In this document: positions 49,385 to 58,210 of the stretch, one piece after another
Layout: each line of letters opens with the position of its first letter
Numbering within the stretch: position 1 is the stretch's first letter
Source: Pyrodictiaceae archaeon
GTDB lineage: Archaea > Thermoproteota > Thermoprotei_A > Sulfolobales > Pyrodictiaceae
DNA length: 64,000 nucleotides
Direction of reading: 5' to 3'
Assembly (NCBI GenBank): GCA_027036135.1
Contig: JALVSY010000007.1
Location: forward strand, 644,880 to 708,879
Notes under the pieces: model-generated
What the model was told of the DNA's origin: nothing
The model's database searches: none
The model's input: only the letters and a program-made list of their open reading frames with translations
Made by a program: the position numbers and the translations under genes

Positions 49385-50174
49385 CTTGGAGGCGCGTAGT
49401 ATCTGGTTTCGTTACTCTAGGGTAGATGGTTACGTGCTAAGGGGAGCCGAGCTATATGCATCACCGGGCGATGCAGTAGCTATAGTGGGCCCAATGGGCT
49501 CGGGTAAAACCACGCTATTAATGATACTTGCTGGGCTCCTTAACCCGGAGAAAGGCGTCGTAAGGCTCGGCGACACAGTAGTAACGGGAGGCGGGCCCGG
49601 GGCTAGGCAGATGGTGGGAATAGTATTCCAAGACCCCGACGAGCAGCTCTTCAACCCCACGGTTTACGACGAGTTGGCATACGCGCTACGGACAATGGGG
49701 CTAGGGGAGGACGAGATAAGGGAGAGGGTAAGAATGGTGGCTGAGAGCCTTGGTATTAAGGACCTGCTAGGGAGACCTCCTCACCGGCTTAGCTATGGCC
49801 AGAAGAAACTGGTCGCGCTAGCGTCGGTTCTTGTTTATGAGCCGTACCTATTGCTGCTTGATGAACCAACAACAAACCTTGACAAAGAGTCTTTCGAGAA
49901 GGTTCTCGGACTTATAAACAAGTACCGGAACGAGAACAGAATAGTAGTGATAACCACCCATGACATCGATACAGTCATCCGTGCCTCCACGAAGCTATGC
50001 GTGCTAAGTAACGGTGTACTTGAGTGCAGTAATACCTGGGAAGTACTTGGGAAGGGACTAGATGCTCTCCCAGTGCCAGTGCCTATCAGCCTAGAGGTAC
50101 TTCTTCAGAGAGAAGGCAGCTGGGAGAAAGTAGCAGTAATGCTTCGCCGCATCATAGAGGGCCAAAGCTATTGA
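49377..50174 (+). CDS. cbiO: ECF ATPase CbiO/NikO
   Basis: GPMGSGKT, FQDPDEQLF, LSYGQKK, LDEPT. Confidence 0.88.
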   Translation: MPSLEARSIWFRYSRVDGYVLRGAELYASPGDAVAIVGPMGSGKTTLLMILAGLLNPEKGVVRLGDTVVTGGGPGARQMVGIVFQDPDEQLFNPTVYDELAYALRTMGLGEDEIRERVRMVAESLGIKDLLGRPPHRLSYGQKKLVALASVLVYEPYLLLLDEPTTNLDKESFEKVLGLINKYRNENRIVVITTHDIDTVIRASTKLCVLSNGVLECSNTWEVLGKGLDALPVPVPISLEVLLQREGSWEKVAVMLRRIIEGQSY

Positions 50175-50206
50175 AAGCCTAGGAACCGGTATACTCATTC
50201 CGGAGA

Positions 50207-50290
50207 AGCCGGGGAATGAAGACCGGGCTACCAGCCCGACAGAGGCCCCCAGTCCCTGATGGGGATGCAACCTCGGGGGCGACCCCGGCT
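50207..50290 (+). ncRNA. Candidate K-turn-closed structured RNA
   Basis: AGCCGGGG/CCCCGGCT stem, AAT bulge with tandem GA/GA, two internal stem-loops. Confidence 0.5.
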
Positions 50291-50369
50291 CGCTTTCTCT
50301 TTCTGTTCCCGAGGGTTGTCTCGGGGATAGCTTAATTAGGGCCTTGTAGGGGCTTGGCTATTTTAGCAC

Positions 50370-50771
50370 GTGGTAAAGAGGCTAGGAAAGGAAGGAGCAG
50401 TGACGTGGCGTAGTGGTGCTGTTGCCTTGGGGTTCCTTGTGAAGGCTTGTACGGAGTTCTCGGCTGCACACAGGATAGCTGGTCATCCCCGTTGTGGGAG
50501 GATCCATGGCCATAATTACCGTGTGTGTATCTGGCTTCGCGAGGACAAGCCAATGGGTATTGATCTCGATGACTTGGAGAAGTGGCTCCGCGTCAATGTG
50601 TTCGAGAAACTGGATCACAGGTTCCTTAACGAGGTTTTTGGGAAAGACACTGTTACTAGCGAGGACCTGGCTCTCTTCATCGCGGGCGAGCTAGAGAAGA
50701 GTTATGGGGGTAGGGTTGAGCGTGTCGAGGTCTGTGAGACAAGCAACCTCTGTGTCGAGTACACCAAGTAG
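50370..50771 (+). CDS. queD: 6-carboxy-5,6,7,8-tetrahydropterin synthase
   Basis: FSAAH, CGRIHGHNY, LDHRFLN, TSE, VCET. The true start is probably downstream of 50370. Confidence 0.9.
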   Translation: MVKRLGKEGAVTWRSGAVALGFLVKACTEFSAAHRIAGHPRCGRIHGHNYRVCIWLREDKPMGIDLDDLEKWLRVNVFEKLDHRFLNEVFGKDTVTSEDLALFIAGELEKSYGGRVERVEVCETSNLCVEYTK

Positions 50772-51435
50772 CCTACGAGTAGTTGAGACGTTTGTCAGTA
50801 TTCAGGGCGAGGGCCCGTTCTGTTGCCGGCGTAGCCTCTTCATAAGACTGTCTGGGTGTAATCTTCGGTGCCCCTTCTGCGATACCAAGTACTCGTGGAG
50901 CGCCGAGAATGCACGGGAGATGAGCATCGAGGAGCTAGTAGTGCTCACCGGGAAGACCAATCCCTCGCTAGTAGTCGTTACTGGTGGCGAGCCGTTGCTG
51001 CAGAGAGCAGCATTGGAGGAGCTTGTCCGGATGCTCTACCGCCTCGGCTACGTCGTCCAGGTAGAGACTAATGGTACTCTTGAGGCCCCGGAGCCGGGGT
51101 CCCCTCTCTCCCAGGCATTCTTCGTCGTATCCCCAAAGGATGTCCCGGTGAAGGTCCCCGGGGCTAAGACTCATTGGTCGTGGTTCGACCTAGCCCGGCG
51201 CTATGGGCATGTCTGGTTCAAGTTCCTCGCCGCTACCCGGGAGCACGTAGAGGAGATAATGAGGTACGTGGAGGAGAACGGTATACCGCGTAGACTAGTC
51301 TACCTAATGCCCCTGACAGAGGAGGGTATGAGCCCAGAGCAAGTACTTGAGCTGCACAAGAGGGTAGCGAGAGAGGCACTGGAGCACGGCGTGAACTTTA
51401 GCCCAAGGATGCACCTCCTACTCGGGTTGAAGTAG
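50752..51435 (+). CDS. queE: 7-carboxy-7-deazaguanine synthase
   Basis: ETFVSIQGEG, CNLRCPFCDT, TGGEP, VETNG, SPK, PRMH. Confidence 0.92.
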   Translation: MSSTPSSLRVVETFVSIQGEGPFCCRRSLFIRLSGCNLRCPFCDTKYSWSAENAREMSIEELVVLTGKTNPSLVVVTGGEPLLQRAALEELVRMLYRLGYVVQVETNGTLEAPEPGSPLSQAFFVVSPKDVPVKVPGAKTHWSWFDLARRYGHVWFKFLAATREHVEEIMRYVEENGIPRRLVYLMPLTEEGMSPEQVLELHKRVAREALEHGVNFSPRMHLLLGLK

Positions 51436-52149
51436 CTAGAGGCCTAGGAGCACCCGTGCCTTGTTCTCCAAGATCCAGCCACGACTAGGCCCCGCGTAAT
51501 AGACAAGGCCCTCGCTGCGCAAGAGGCGGAACAAGACACCATAGCGCCCAAGAGCAGCCTCCGCCTCGTACTCGTCGCTAGCCTTCAGGCTCCTAAGCTT
51601 CTCCCCGAACTCCCTGACAGCTTCACGAGTAGCTATTACTCTGCGACCAGCCAGGCTAGCAACAACGTAGCCACGGGCCTCTAGCACCCCGGTGTCAACT
51701 TCTTGGCGAAGCTCCGGCGGAAGCTCCTCGAGAAGAACCAGGCCCCCCTTCTCCCGGAGCCTCTCAGCCAGCAATCGGAGCCACTTGGGCTCCCTCCTCT
51801 CCTGGCCCTGCTCTCTACTAACAGCCACAGCCGCCGCGATAGCCCGGGCAAGCTCCTCTATATCGCGCCGCGATAACCCGGAGCTACGCTGCGCTAAGTC
51901 GCGGATCTCTCGACGGAGCCCTGCAAGCTCCTCTTCGAGCCGGCGAAGACTCTCCTCGATGCGCTCAAGCCTAGCAACAAGGGAGCCAAGCTCCTGGGCC
52001 CCGGTACCTCCCTGCGCCCTACTAACCGCCTCCGCGACTGCCTCTTCGGCAACCCTGCGAATAACCTCGTCGAGGCTAACAGTGCCGCCACGAACCATGC
52101 CGCTAAGCTGGCGAAGATACTCGTCAAGCCTCTTACTACCCCTGGGCAC
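51436..52149 (-). CDS. Hypothetical coiled-coil protein with possible C-terminal winged helix
   Basis: Heptad-rich LERIEESLRRLEEEL, C-terminal LRSEGLVYY. GGAGG before GTG 52149. Confidence 0.65.
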   Translation of the reverse strand: MPRGSKRLDEYLRQLSGMVRGGTVSLDEVIRRVAEEAVAEAVSRAQGGTGAQELGSLVARLERIEESLRRLEEELAGLRREIRDLAQRSSGLSRRDIEELARAIAAAVAVSREQGQERREPKWLRLLAERLREKGGLVLLEELPPELRQEVDTGVLEARGYVVASLAGRRVIATREAVREFGEKLRSLKASDEYEAEAALGRYGVLFRLLRSEGLVYYAGPSRGWILENKARVLLGL

Positions 52150-52277
52150 AGCTAACCAGCCACCCTCCCCACAAACCCAGACTATGAGGGACAAGGTAAT
52201 CCTATATATGGAGACACGATGCCTTCCTATAACTACTCCGTGACTGAACCTTAATCCTCAAAAAGACCTCTAGCTAG

Positions 52278-53003
52278 ATGATGTATGCTCTCCCGGTGTG
52301 CTATGGGATGCGTAAGGGGCTTCGCATCGTACTTATTGATCTCGGGGGTACGCTTATGGTTGAGGAGGAGAGCAGCGAGGAGCTTAGCAAGGGGATTGCC
52401 GAGGAGCTGGGGCTCAGGCCCGCGCCTAGTTATAGTAGGGTTTATCGTGGCTATGGGCTTCGCTTCGCCTCTCTCTGCGAGGCTAGCTTGGAGGCTGTTG
52501 CCTACTACTATGCTGCGCGCAGCAACGAGGGCAGAGTTGATCCCAGGCAGGCTAGAAGGGTCTATGAGGACTTGGTGGAGGCGCTGGCTAGGAGTCTCCG
52601 CCCACTGCCTGGGGCGAGGGAGGCTCTTCGCGAGCTGAGCGGGCTTGTTGACCGCATCGTCGTGGTCTCTAATGCTTCCTCGCAGGAGGCTGTTGAGGAG
52701 GCTCTTAGGATGCAGGGCTTCATGGAGTACGTGGACGCAGTGGTTACTAGTAGGCTTGTCGGCGTCCGTAAGCCTGATCCAAGGATATTCCTCTACGCGC
52801 TAGGCCTCGTGGGTGCTAGGCCAGATGAAGCTGTCCACATAGGCGACCGGGGCTACGAGGACGTATTCGGCGCGAAAAACCTAGGTATAAGAGCAATCCA
52901 CATAGCCCGGGATGAGCCACCATCACCTATAGCGGATGCCGTGATAGCCTCAGTAGAGGAGGCCCCGGAGGCTGTTACCAGGCTAGTGGGGGAAAAGGAG
53001 TGA
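52278..53003 (+). CDS. HAD superfamily hydrolase
   Basis: DLGGTL, VSN, KPDPRIF, HIGD..D. Confidence 0.9.
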   Translation: MMYALPVCYGMRKGLRIVLIDLGGTLMVEEESSEELSKGIAEELGLRPAPSYSRVYRGYGLRFASLCEASLEAVAYYYAARSNEGRVDPRQARRVYEDLVEALARSLRPLPGAREALRELSGLVDRIVVVSNASSQEAVEEALRMQGFMEYVDAVVTSRLVGVRKPDPRIFLYALGLVGARPDEAVHIGDRGYEDVFGAKNLGIRAIHIARDEPPSPIADAVIASVEEAPEAVTRLVGEKE

Positions 53004-53036
53004 TTAGCAGGCCCAAAGGAAGTATTCTCGCGTGGA

Positions 53037-53106
53037 GGGGCTGCGCCAGCGACGGGGCCGAGGAATGGCCCGCTACTAGGGATGAGCTGGCGCGTCCCAC
53101 CCCGAG
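53037..53106 (+). ncRNA. Non-canonical H/ACA-like pseudouridylation guide candidate
   Basis: GCGCCAGC/GCTGGCGC upper stem capped by GA...GATGA K-turn. Flanks GGCT and GTCCCACCCCGA complement recalled 16S 5' domain sequence. No ACA box. Confidence 0.7.
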
Positions 53107-53130
53107 CCTCTGAAGCCTTCTCGTGAGTGC

Positions 53131-54603
53131 TTACTCGTAGCCAGCTATTGTTACCCTGTATAGTTGCTTCCATGCAGCCACTCTGCTATTGACCCATTCC
53201 TGCACCTCGTGGGCGCTTACCCTGCTTCTCCGCCTCAGCCATATCCTCGCTACTGGGGCTTCTCCCAGATCGCCTAGGTCCACCGAGCCTAGCTCCACGC
53301 GGGCTACGTCGGGGTGGCTGAATAGTAGTTCCTCTAGGTCGCCGAGTAGCACTGGGTACGCCTTGTACTTGACCATTGGCTTTACTATACGGACGAAATA
53401 GTAGTGGCCCTGCTCGCTCAGCCTTATGATGTCCCCGGTTCGTAGCCACCCGGAGAGGAAGGCCTCGTTATTGGCCTCTGGGTCGCCGTAGCGCTTCATT
53501 ACCACGGGGCCACGCACTAGTAGCTCTCCCTCGGGGTATCCTGTTAGCCTCGCCTCTATACCCGGCAACGGCCTCCCCAATGAGCCCGGGGGGTCTCCCG
53601 GCTTACTAGCTATCAGTGGGAGCGCCTCCGTCATACCATACATCTGCAACAGCTCTGTGCCAGTCTTCCGTTTCCACTCCTCCTGTAGCTCTGGGCTGAG
53701 CGGGGCACCAGCGCTAACAGCAGCTACTAGTTCCCTGTGCCCACGGTAACCGGCTTTTAGGAGAGCCTTGTAGTACAGGGGGACGCCGAAGACTATGCTG
53801 GCCTTGCTCTCTGCGAGGCTCCTGGCCGCCTCGCTGGGGTCTAGTGGCCCCTTCTTGGTATAGAGTACTAGCTCTGAGCAGGTAGCTGTGGGCGAGAAAG
53901 CTCCGACGTGGAGCCCGAGCCCATGGCTTATCGGTACGGGGACGTAGATGCGCCAACCCGGCTCGTAGCCGTAGTGGCGAGCTATTAGCCACGCAGAGGA
54001 GGCCAGCGAGGCACCCGTGTGGATCACGGGGAGGGTTCTACCAGCTATGCCAGCGTAGAAGTAGGCCAGTATCTCGTCCCAGGGCCTAGGCCTCTCATAG
54101 TCCTCTCCAGGACTGCTCCCCGTGCTAGAGTAGAGCTTCTCCGCTACGAGGCACCCCGTGCCAAGCCTTCTGGCTATAGCGCAGTGGTTCTCAGCGAACC
54201 CGGAATGTGTTACGAGGAGCCCTGCTCCTACCTGGCCTAGCTGCTTCTCGAGGTCCCATGGCCCCGATAACGGGTCTATTATCGCTACCCGCTTCCCCGC
54301 GAGCCAAGCCGCGTAGATGGCCACGAGACCCGGGACAGAGTTTATCGGTGCAACCGCGACTGTGTCGCCACGGGCCCTGGTGCCAATGACACGGGAGACA
54401 CCTATAGCTTTCCCGAGGAATTCTTGGTAGCTGAGGCTCCGCGACTCAGTATCCCGTACAAAGACCCGGGTAGGATGGCTCGTGGCACAGCCTAGGAGCA
54501 TGTCTAGCGGGGTCCCGGGATACCAAGCACTACTCGCCAAGTACTGCTTCCCGATTAGTACTGTCACGTCCCTGGCTGGGCGGCAATAAACCCCGAGGGC
54601 CAC
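53131..54603 (-). CDS. AMP-dependent acyl-CoA synthetase family protein
   Basis: YAGIAGR variant P-loop, SAGAPL, MYGMTE, WLRTGD. Confidence 0.85.
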   Translation of the reverse strand: MALGVYCRPARDVTVLIGKQYLASSAWYPGTPLDMLLGCATSHPTRVFVRDTESRSLSYQEFLGKAIGVSRVIGTRARGDTVAVAPINSVPGLVAIYAAWLAGKRVAIIDPLSGPWDLEKQLGQVGAGLLVTHSGFAENHCAIARRLGTGCLVAEKLYSSTGSSPGEDYERPRPWDEILAYFYAGIAGRTLPVIHTGASLASSAWLIARHYGYEPGWRIYVPVPISHGLGLHVGAFSPTATCSELVLYTKKGPLDPSEAARSLAESKASIVFGVPLYYKALLKAGYRGHRELVAAVSAGAPLSPELQEEWKRKTGTELLQMYGMTEALPLIASKPGDPPGSLGRPLPGIEARLTGYPEGELLVRGPVVMKRYGDPEANNEAFLSGWLRTGDIIRLSEQGHYYFVRIVKPMVKYKAYPVLLGDLEELLFSHPDVARVELGSVDLGDLGEAPVARIWLRRRSRVSAHEVQEWVNSRVAAWKQLYRVTIAGYE

Positions 54604-54718
54604 TAGCTACGCGCACCCATAGGAAACGAGTCCGGGGAGCCATGACGCCCTGCAAGAGCTAATAAGGGGAACGGGGACAGGTACTCCCCTCGAGAAGAGG
54701 GGCAAGGGAAGCATAGAC

Positions 54719-55372
54719 ATGGGCGAGGTACTCGCCGCGACCCCTACGCTGCCGAGGCTAATCCCCTACGCTGCTGCCGGGGACCTGGCCTACGGCGGTA
54801 AGCTCCACGGCCTACTAGCTGGCAGCCTCTACGCCGGGACACTAGAAGCGCCCGGGACCTGCGTATCGCTGTGCACAGAGTACAGGCTACCAGCAAGGTG
54901 CCGGGGCGCTGGCCGCGCCGAGCTCTACTACGTCGAGCCCCAATTGCTCCATGTGCTTGACCAGCGACTAGGCGGCCTAGGAGCCGAGCGGAGGACCATA
55001 ATCCTCCGACACGGCGAGCTAGTAATCCACGCCGAAGCCTACCTAGCCACAGGCTGCCGCATAGTAAACAACAATGATAACTGGGTGAGGCTACTCCTAG
55101 CCCTCCCACCACAAGCACCCCCACCCGCTACGCCAATGGCGGTCTACACAGCAGTCATAGAGGCCCTAGAGCCCTGCCAAGACCAGCAGGCATTCTGCAA
55201 AAACCCAGCAGCATCAACAGAGGCGGCGATAGCGGACATACTAGTATCAACAAGCATGCTCAACTCGTGGCTAGAAAGCCTAAACGCACAACTCCTACCA
55301 GCACCCGCGAGACTAAGCCCCAACAACCTAACAATCTACACACATGTACCCACAAGGAGAAAGGAACAATAG
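54719..55372 (+). CDS. Hypothetical protein, gamma-glutamylcyclotransferase-like fold (degenerate)
   Basis: GDLAYGGKLH and AELYYV..LLHVLD resemble GGCT motifs. Confidence 0.5.
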   Translation: MGEVLAATPTLPRLIPYAAAGDLAYGGKLHGLLAGSLYAGTLEAPGTCVSLCTEYRLPARCRGAGRAELYYVEPQLLHVLDQRLGGLGAERRTIILRHGELVIHAEAYLATGCRIVNNNDNWVRLLLALPPQAPPPATPMAVYTAVIEALEPCQDQQAFCKNPAASTEAAIADILVSTSMLNSWLESLNAQLLPAPARLSPNNLTIYTHVPTRRKEQ

Positions 55373-55490
55373 GTACCCAAGTACTGAGTCAACCTATTTA
55401 GTCCTGCTATCCAGTAGCGGCTGTTAATCGTTCATCGAGTCGCGAAGAGAACATTACATAGACTTAGTTCCCCGGTCATTACTAAGGCTG

Positions 55491-55937
55491 TTAAGGCATC
55501 ACCTTTAGCCATGGCACATGCTTAAAGTCATTATCAAAAGTCAAGATCACGTCTATACCGTAGTGTTTGCACGTTAATGCTATAATAGCATCGCTTGGCG
55601 GCAAGTTATAACGAGTCATTACTTCCAATAATTCCCGGGGATTGGCACGATCCGGGAGCACAACTATATCCAGGGCCTCGAGGAGCCTAACAAACCTCGC
55701 CAGCTCAGCTGACGCAAAGCCTACCCCGCTGGATCTAATATAGGAGCAAAGCCTAGCTATCTTTCGTATGCCAAGTCTCTTCTCGGCAAGCCTTCGAATA
55801 ATAACAAACATTACTTCATCCAAGACGCCCGTAGATGTTACAAGGTCACTATATTGTTTAAGCAATGTAGCCGCTTGCTCAGTATACTTGCTCCTAAACA
55901 TATAATAGTGGAACACATTTGCATCGACGAACTTCAT
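55491..55937 (-). CDS. vapC: VapC PIN-domain toxin
   Basis: FVDANVF, LDEV, PSDAII, TFDNDF. Confidence 0.9.
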   Translation of the reverse strand: MKFVDANVFHYYMFRSKYTEQAATLLKQYSDLVTSTGVLDEVMFVIIRRLAEKRLGIRKIARLCSYIRSSGVGFASAELARFVRLLEALDIVVLPDRANPRELLEVMTRYNLPPSDAIIALTCKHYGIDVILTFDNDFKHVPWLKVMP

Positions 55938-55960
55938 GCAACAATCCCTTACTTGAGCCC

Positions 55961-56182
55961 CTAGAGTTTCTCTAACTCAGCTTCCTCAATAAGCTCCTCT
56001 AACTCATCCTCACTAATCTCTCCCAAGAATCCCTTAAACCTATCAACTATCCTCGCACGATCACTGGGCTTCTCAATCCTAATTAGCACCACCTCACCCT
56101 CCCTGAAATCAACTCTCTCCAACGGCTTTAGTACACCATTCTCGTATCTTACCCTTATAACCCTAGATACGGCCCTAGACAC
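55961..56182 (-). CDS. AF2212/DUF104-type antitoxin
   Basis: IRVRYENGVLKPLE..EGE. GGAGG before GTG 56182. Confidence 0.88.
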   Translation of the reverse strand: MSRAVSRVIRVRYENGVLKPLERVDFREGEVVLIRIEKPSDRARIVDRFKGFLGEISEDELEELIEEAELEKL

Positions 56183-56457
56183 GCCTCCTCTCCACCTGGT
56201 AACCGGGAGGCGAGTTTCCTCAAAGCTCTTGCCCATACATTACCAAATAGGATCTTGCAAGCTACCAATTATATATTCAATACGATGCCTATCTAGTCAT
56301 CTTATTAAGTCTAGTTAGTACACTCAATTAACTCGACGCATCTAACTAAGTCACTAATCTCGCTTAGTATGTATTATGGAGCTTCCATGTAGGCTACTTG
56401 TGGCCGGAAACAATGAATGTTTATGCCGGGATCCTATGATGGTTTTGTCGGCATCTT

Positions 56458-56988
56458 TTAGAGTTCGTCTAGCTCTTTAAGGAATTCTTCGAGTATGTTC
56501 CTTGATATCCAGAAACCGCTCTCTATGAGCCTGTCTATTATCGGCTTTGCCTTAGGGACTAACCCCTCGTACTTAGCTAATGCTATTACACCTAGTGTAC
56601 CCATTACCTGTAATCCTAGCCTCTTAGCTAAGTTCCTTGCATCACGGTCGTCAACGAGTAGCAAGTCTGCGCCACGCTCTAGTGCTAGAGCTATTGCCTC
56701 CGCTTCTCCCGTATCAATGAATTCCTCGAGAAGGGCTACTAGCCTCGTGTCTCCCACCTTCTTTAGAGATATGAATTTGGCTCTTACTATCTTCTCGTAG
56801 CCAGGCTTACCCTCAACAGTTATTTCCTTCCAGACAGCTTCCGGGACGAGGATTTCCCCGAAGAGCTTCTCCAAGAGATATAAGTAACATATCTTGGCTA
56901 ATGCGATTATAACACTTGAGTTAGAGACCACGAGAACCCATTTCCTTGCCTCGTCACTTTCCTGGCTTCTTTGCAAGCTTCTTAGCAA
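56458..56988 (-). CDS. DUF3368 PIN-like protein
   Basis: VVSNSSVII, GEAEAIALA, DDRDAR, GTLGV, GFWIS. The start is probably near 56931. Confidence 0.88.
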   Translation of the reverse strand: MLRSLQRSQESDEARKWVLVVSNSSVIIALAKICYLYLLEKLFGEILVPEAVWKEITVEGKPGYEKIVRAKFISLKKVGDTRLVALLEEFIDTGEAEAIALALERGADLLLVDDRDARNLAKRLGLQVMGTLGVIALAKYEGLVPKAKPIIDRLIESGFWISRNILEEFLKELDEL

Positions 56989-57232
56989 CCTCCAAGTCTT
57001 CCCTTAGCTCCTCTTCACCGTAGTGCAAAGGTATGCCCTCACTAGCTAACAGTTCTAGGAAATCCCATTTTGAAACCCCAGCTATCCTCCGAGCCTGACC
57101 CAGACTAGCTATACCCTTCTCATAAAGCCTCAACGCCAGCTCTATCCTAATCCTCTTCTCAAGCTCGCCAGGAGGAACCCTAAGGCTCTCCGGAACCTCA
57201 ATAACAACTCGCTTAACACTAGCCTTAGCCAC
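56954..57232 (-). CDS. UPF0175 family antitoxin
   Basis: ELALRLYEKGIASLGQARRIAGVSKWDF, EELREDL. Confidence 0.9.
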   Translation of the reverse strand: MAKASVKRVVIEVPESLRVPPGELEKRIRIELALRLYEKGIASLGQARRIAGVSKWDFLELLASEGIPLHYGEEELREDLEVAKKLAKKPGK

Positions 57233-57636
57233 CTAAACCCCCTCTATCAAAAATACCTAATGGAAGATATTAATCCTAGCTATTCTAAGACGAGCCAGGC
57301 TTTTAACAATGCTAAAGCCCTAAAGCCAACTATCAAGTATATAGAATAACTGGTTATGAACCCCTTATTAGCCAACCTAGATCATTATCGGTTTTAGAGT
57401 GTCTCCTTTTAAGCCCCAAGGCTTCAAAACATCTCAGTCCTAACTAACTCGTCACCAGGCCCTTCAAGCCATTGTTAACCTATACAAGAGAACGTACCGC
57501 TCCCGTAGGTCACAGAACCATGCAAGAAGCCTTCTTGGACACAATAACCCAGCATGTAAACATGATACCAACATCCAAGGCTAAGCACATAACTAGCCAA
57601 TCCTATATTATCTTCACACAGTAACCTCACAAAGCC

Positions 57637-57909
57637 TTAGCCCTTGAGCATTGCTAGTACACGCTTCTTTCGCCCTTCTAGTTCCCTAAGCCTTTTCTTC
57701 AAATAGACGTACTCTGGCCAAAGCAAGTCAACTTCTGGATTATCAATACCTGTCTCTGTGAATAACTTCTCTAGTTCCTCCCAGTTGCTAGCACCAAGCC
57801 TCACAGCTATTCTCTGAAGCCTTGCCTCGACCAAGGCGATTTCCCTATTGATTTTCCTTAGCATAACCTCTAGGCTTTCACGAACAATAGGCTCCAAGCA
57901 GCACCCCAC
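57637..57909 (-). CDS. Small helical protein, orphan antitoxin-like
   Basis: SNWEELEK..DLLW.EY pattern in a TA context; no intact partner downstream. Confidence 0.55.
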   Translation of the reverse strand: MGCCLEPIVRESLEVMLRKINREIALVEARLQRIAVRLGASNWEELEKLFTETGIDNPEVDLLWPEYVYLKKRLRELEGRKKRVLAMLKG

Positions 57910-58029
57910 AGTATAGAACTGCTTAGACCGAGCTAATTAAGGGACAAAGATACTGGTTAAAAGCCAAGTCCAAGGCACTAACTATGGCACAGATTATAAA
58001 CGGAGCCGGAATAAATGGACAAGGAACGG

Positions 58030-58128
58030 CTATGGAACTCCTTTCTTTTCTAGGACGTAGCGTAGGTATATCGCGGCTACGGCTATAGCAATCATTGCTA
58101 GGATTACTCCTAGGATGGAGAGCTCCAT
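58030..58128 (-). CDS. Candidate 32-aa single-TM protein MELSILGVILAMIAIAVAAIYLRYVLEKKGVP
   Basis: ATG about 25 nt after CATAAA (leaderless geometry); hydrophobic helix with basic tail. Confidence 0.55.
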   Translation of the reverse strand: MELSILGVILAMIAIAVAAIYLRYVLEKKGVP

Positions 58129-58210
58129 GGGTAGGTCTACTCTGTAGGGTTTATGGCTCTGCGGAAGGCATAATGGTTTCTTCTCGACGGGTTTCGGGAC
58201 TTGGTAGGGT

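Noticed and set aside
50250-50275. Hammerhead ribozyme or SAM-I riboswitch (CTGATG, GCAACC)
   Set aside because: CUGANGA and GAAA cores are absent, and the SAM-I element order does not match.
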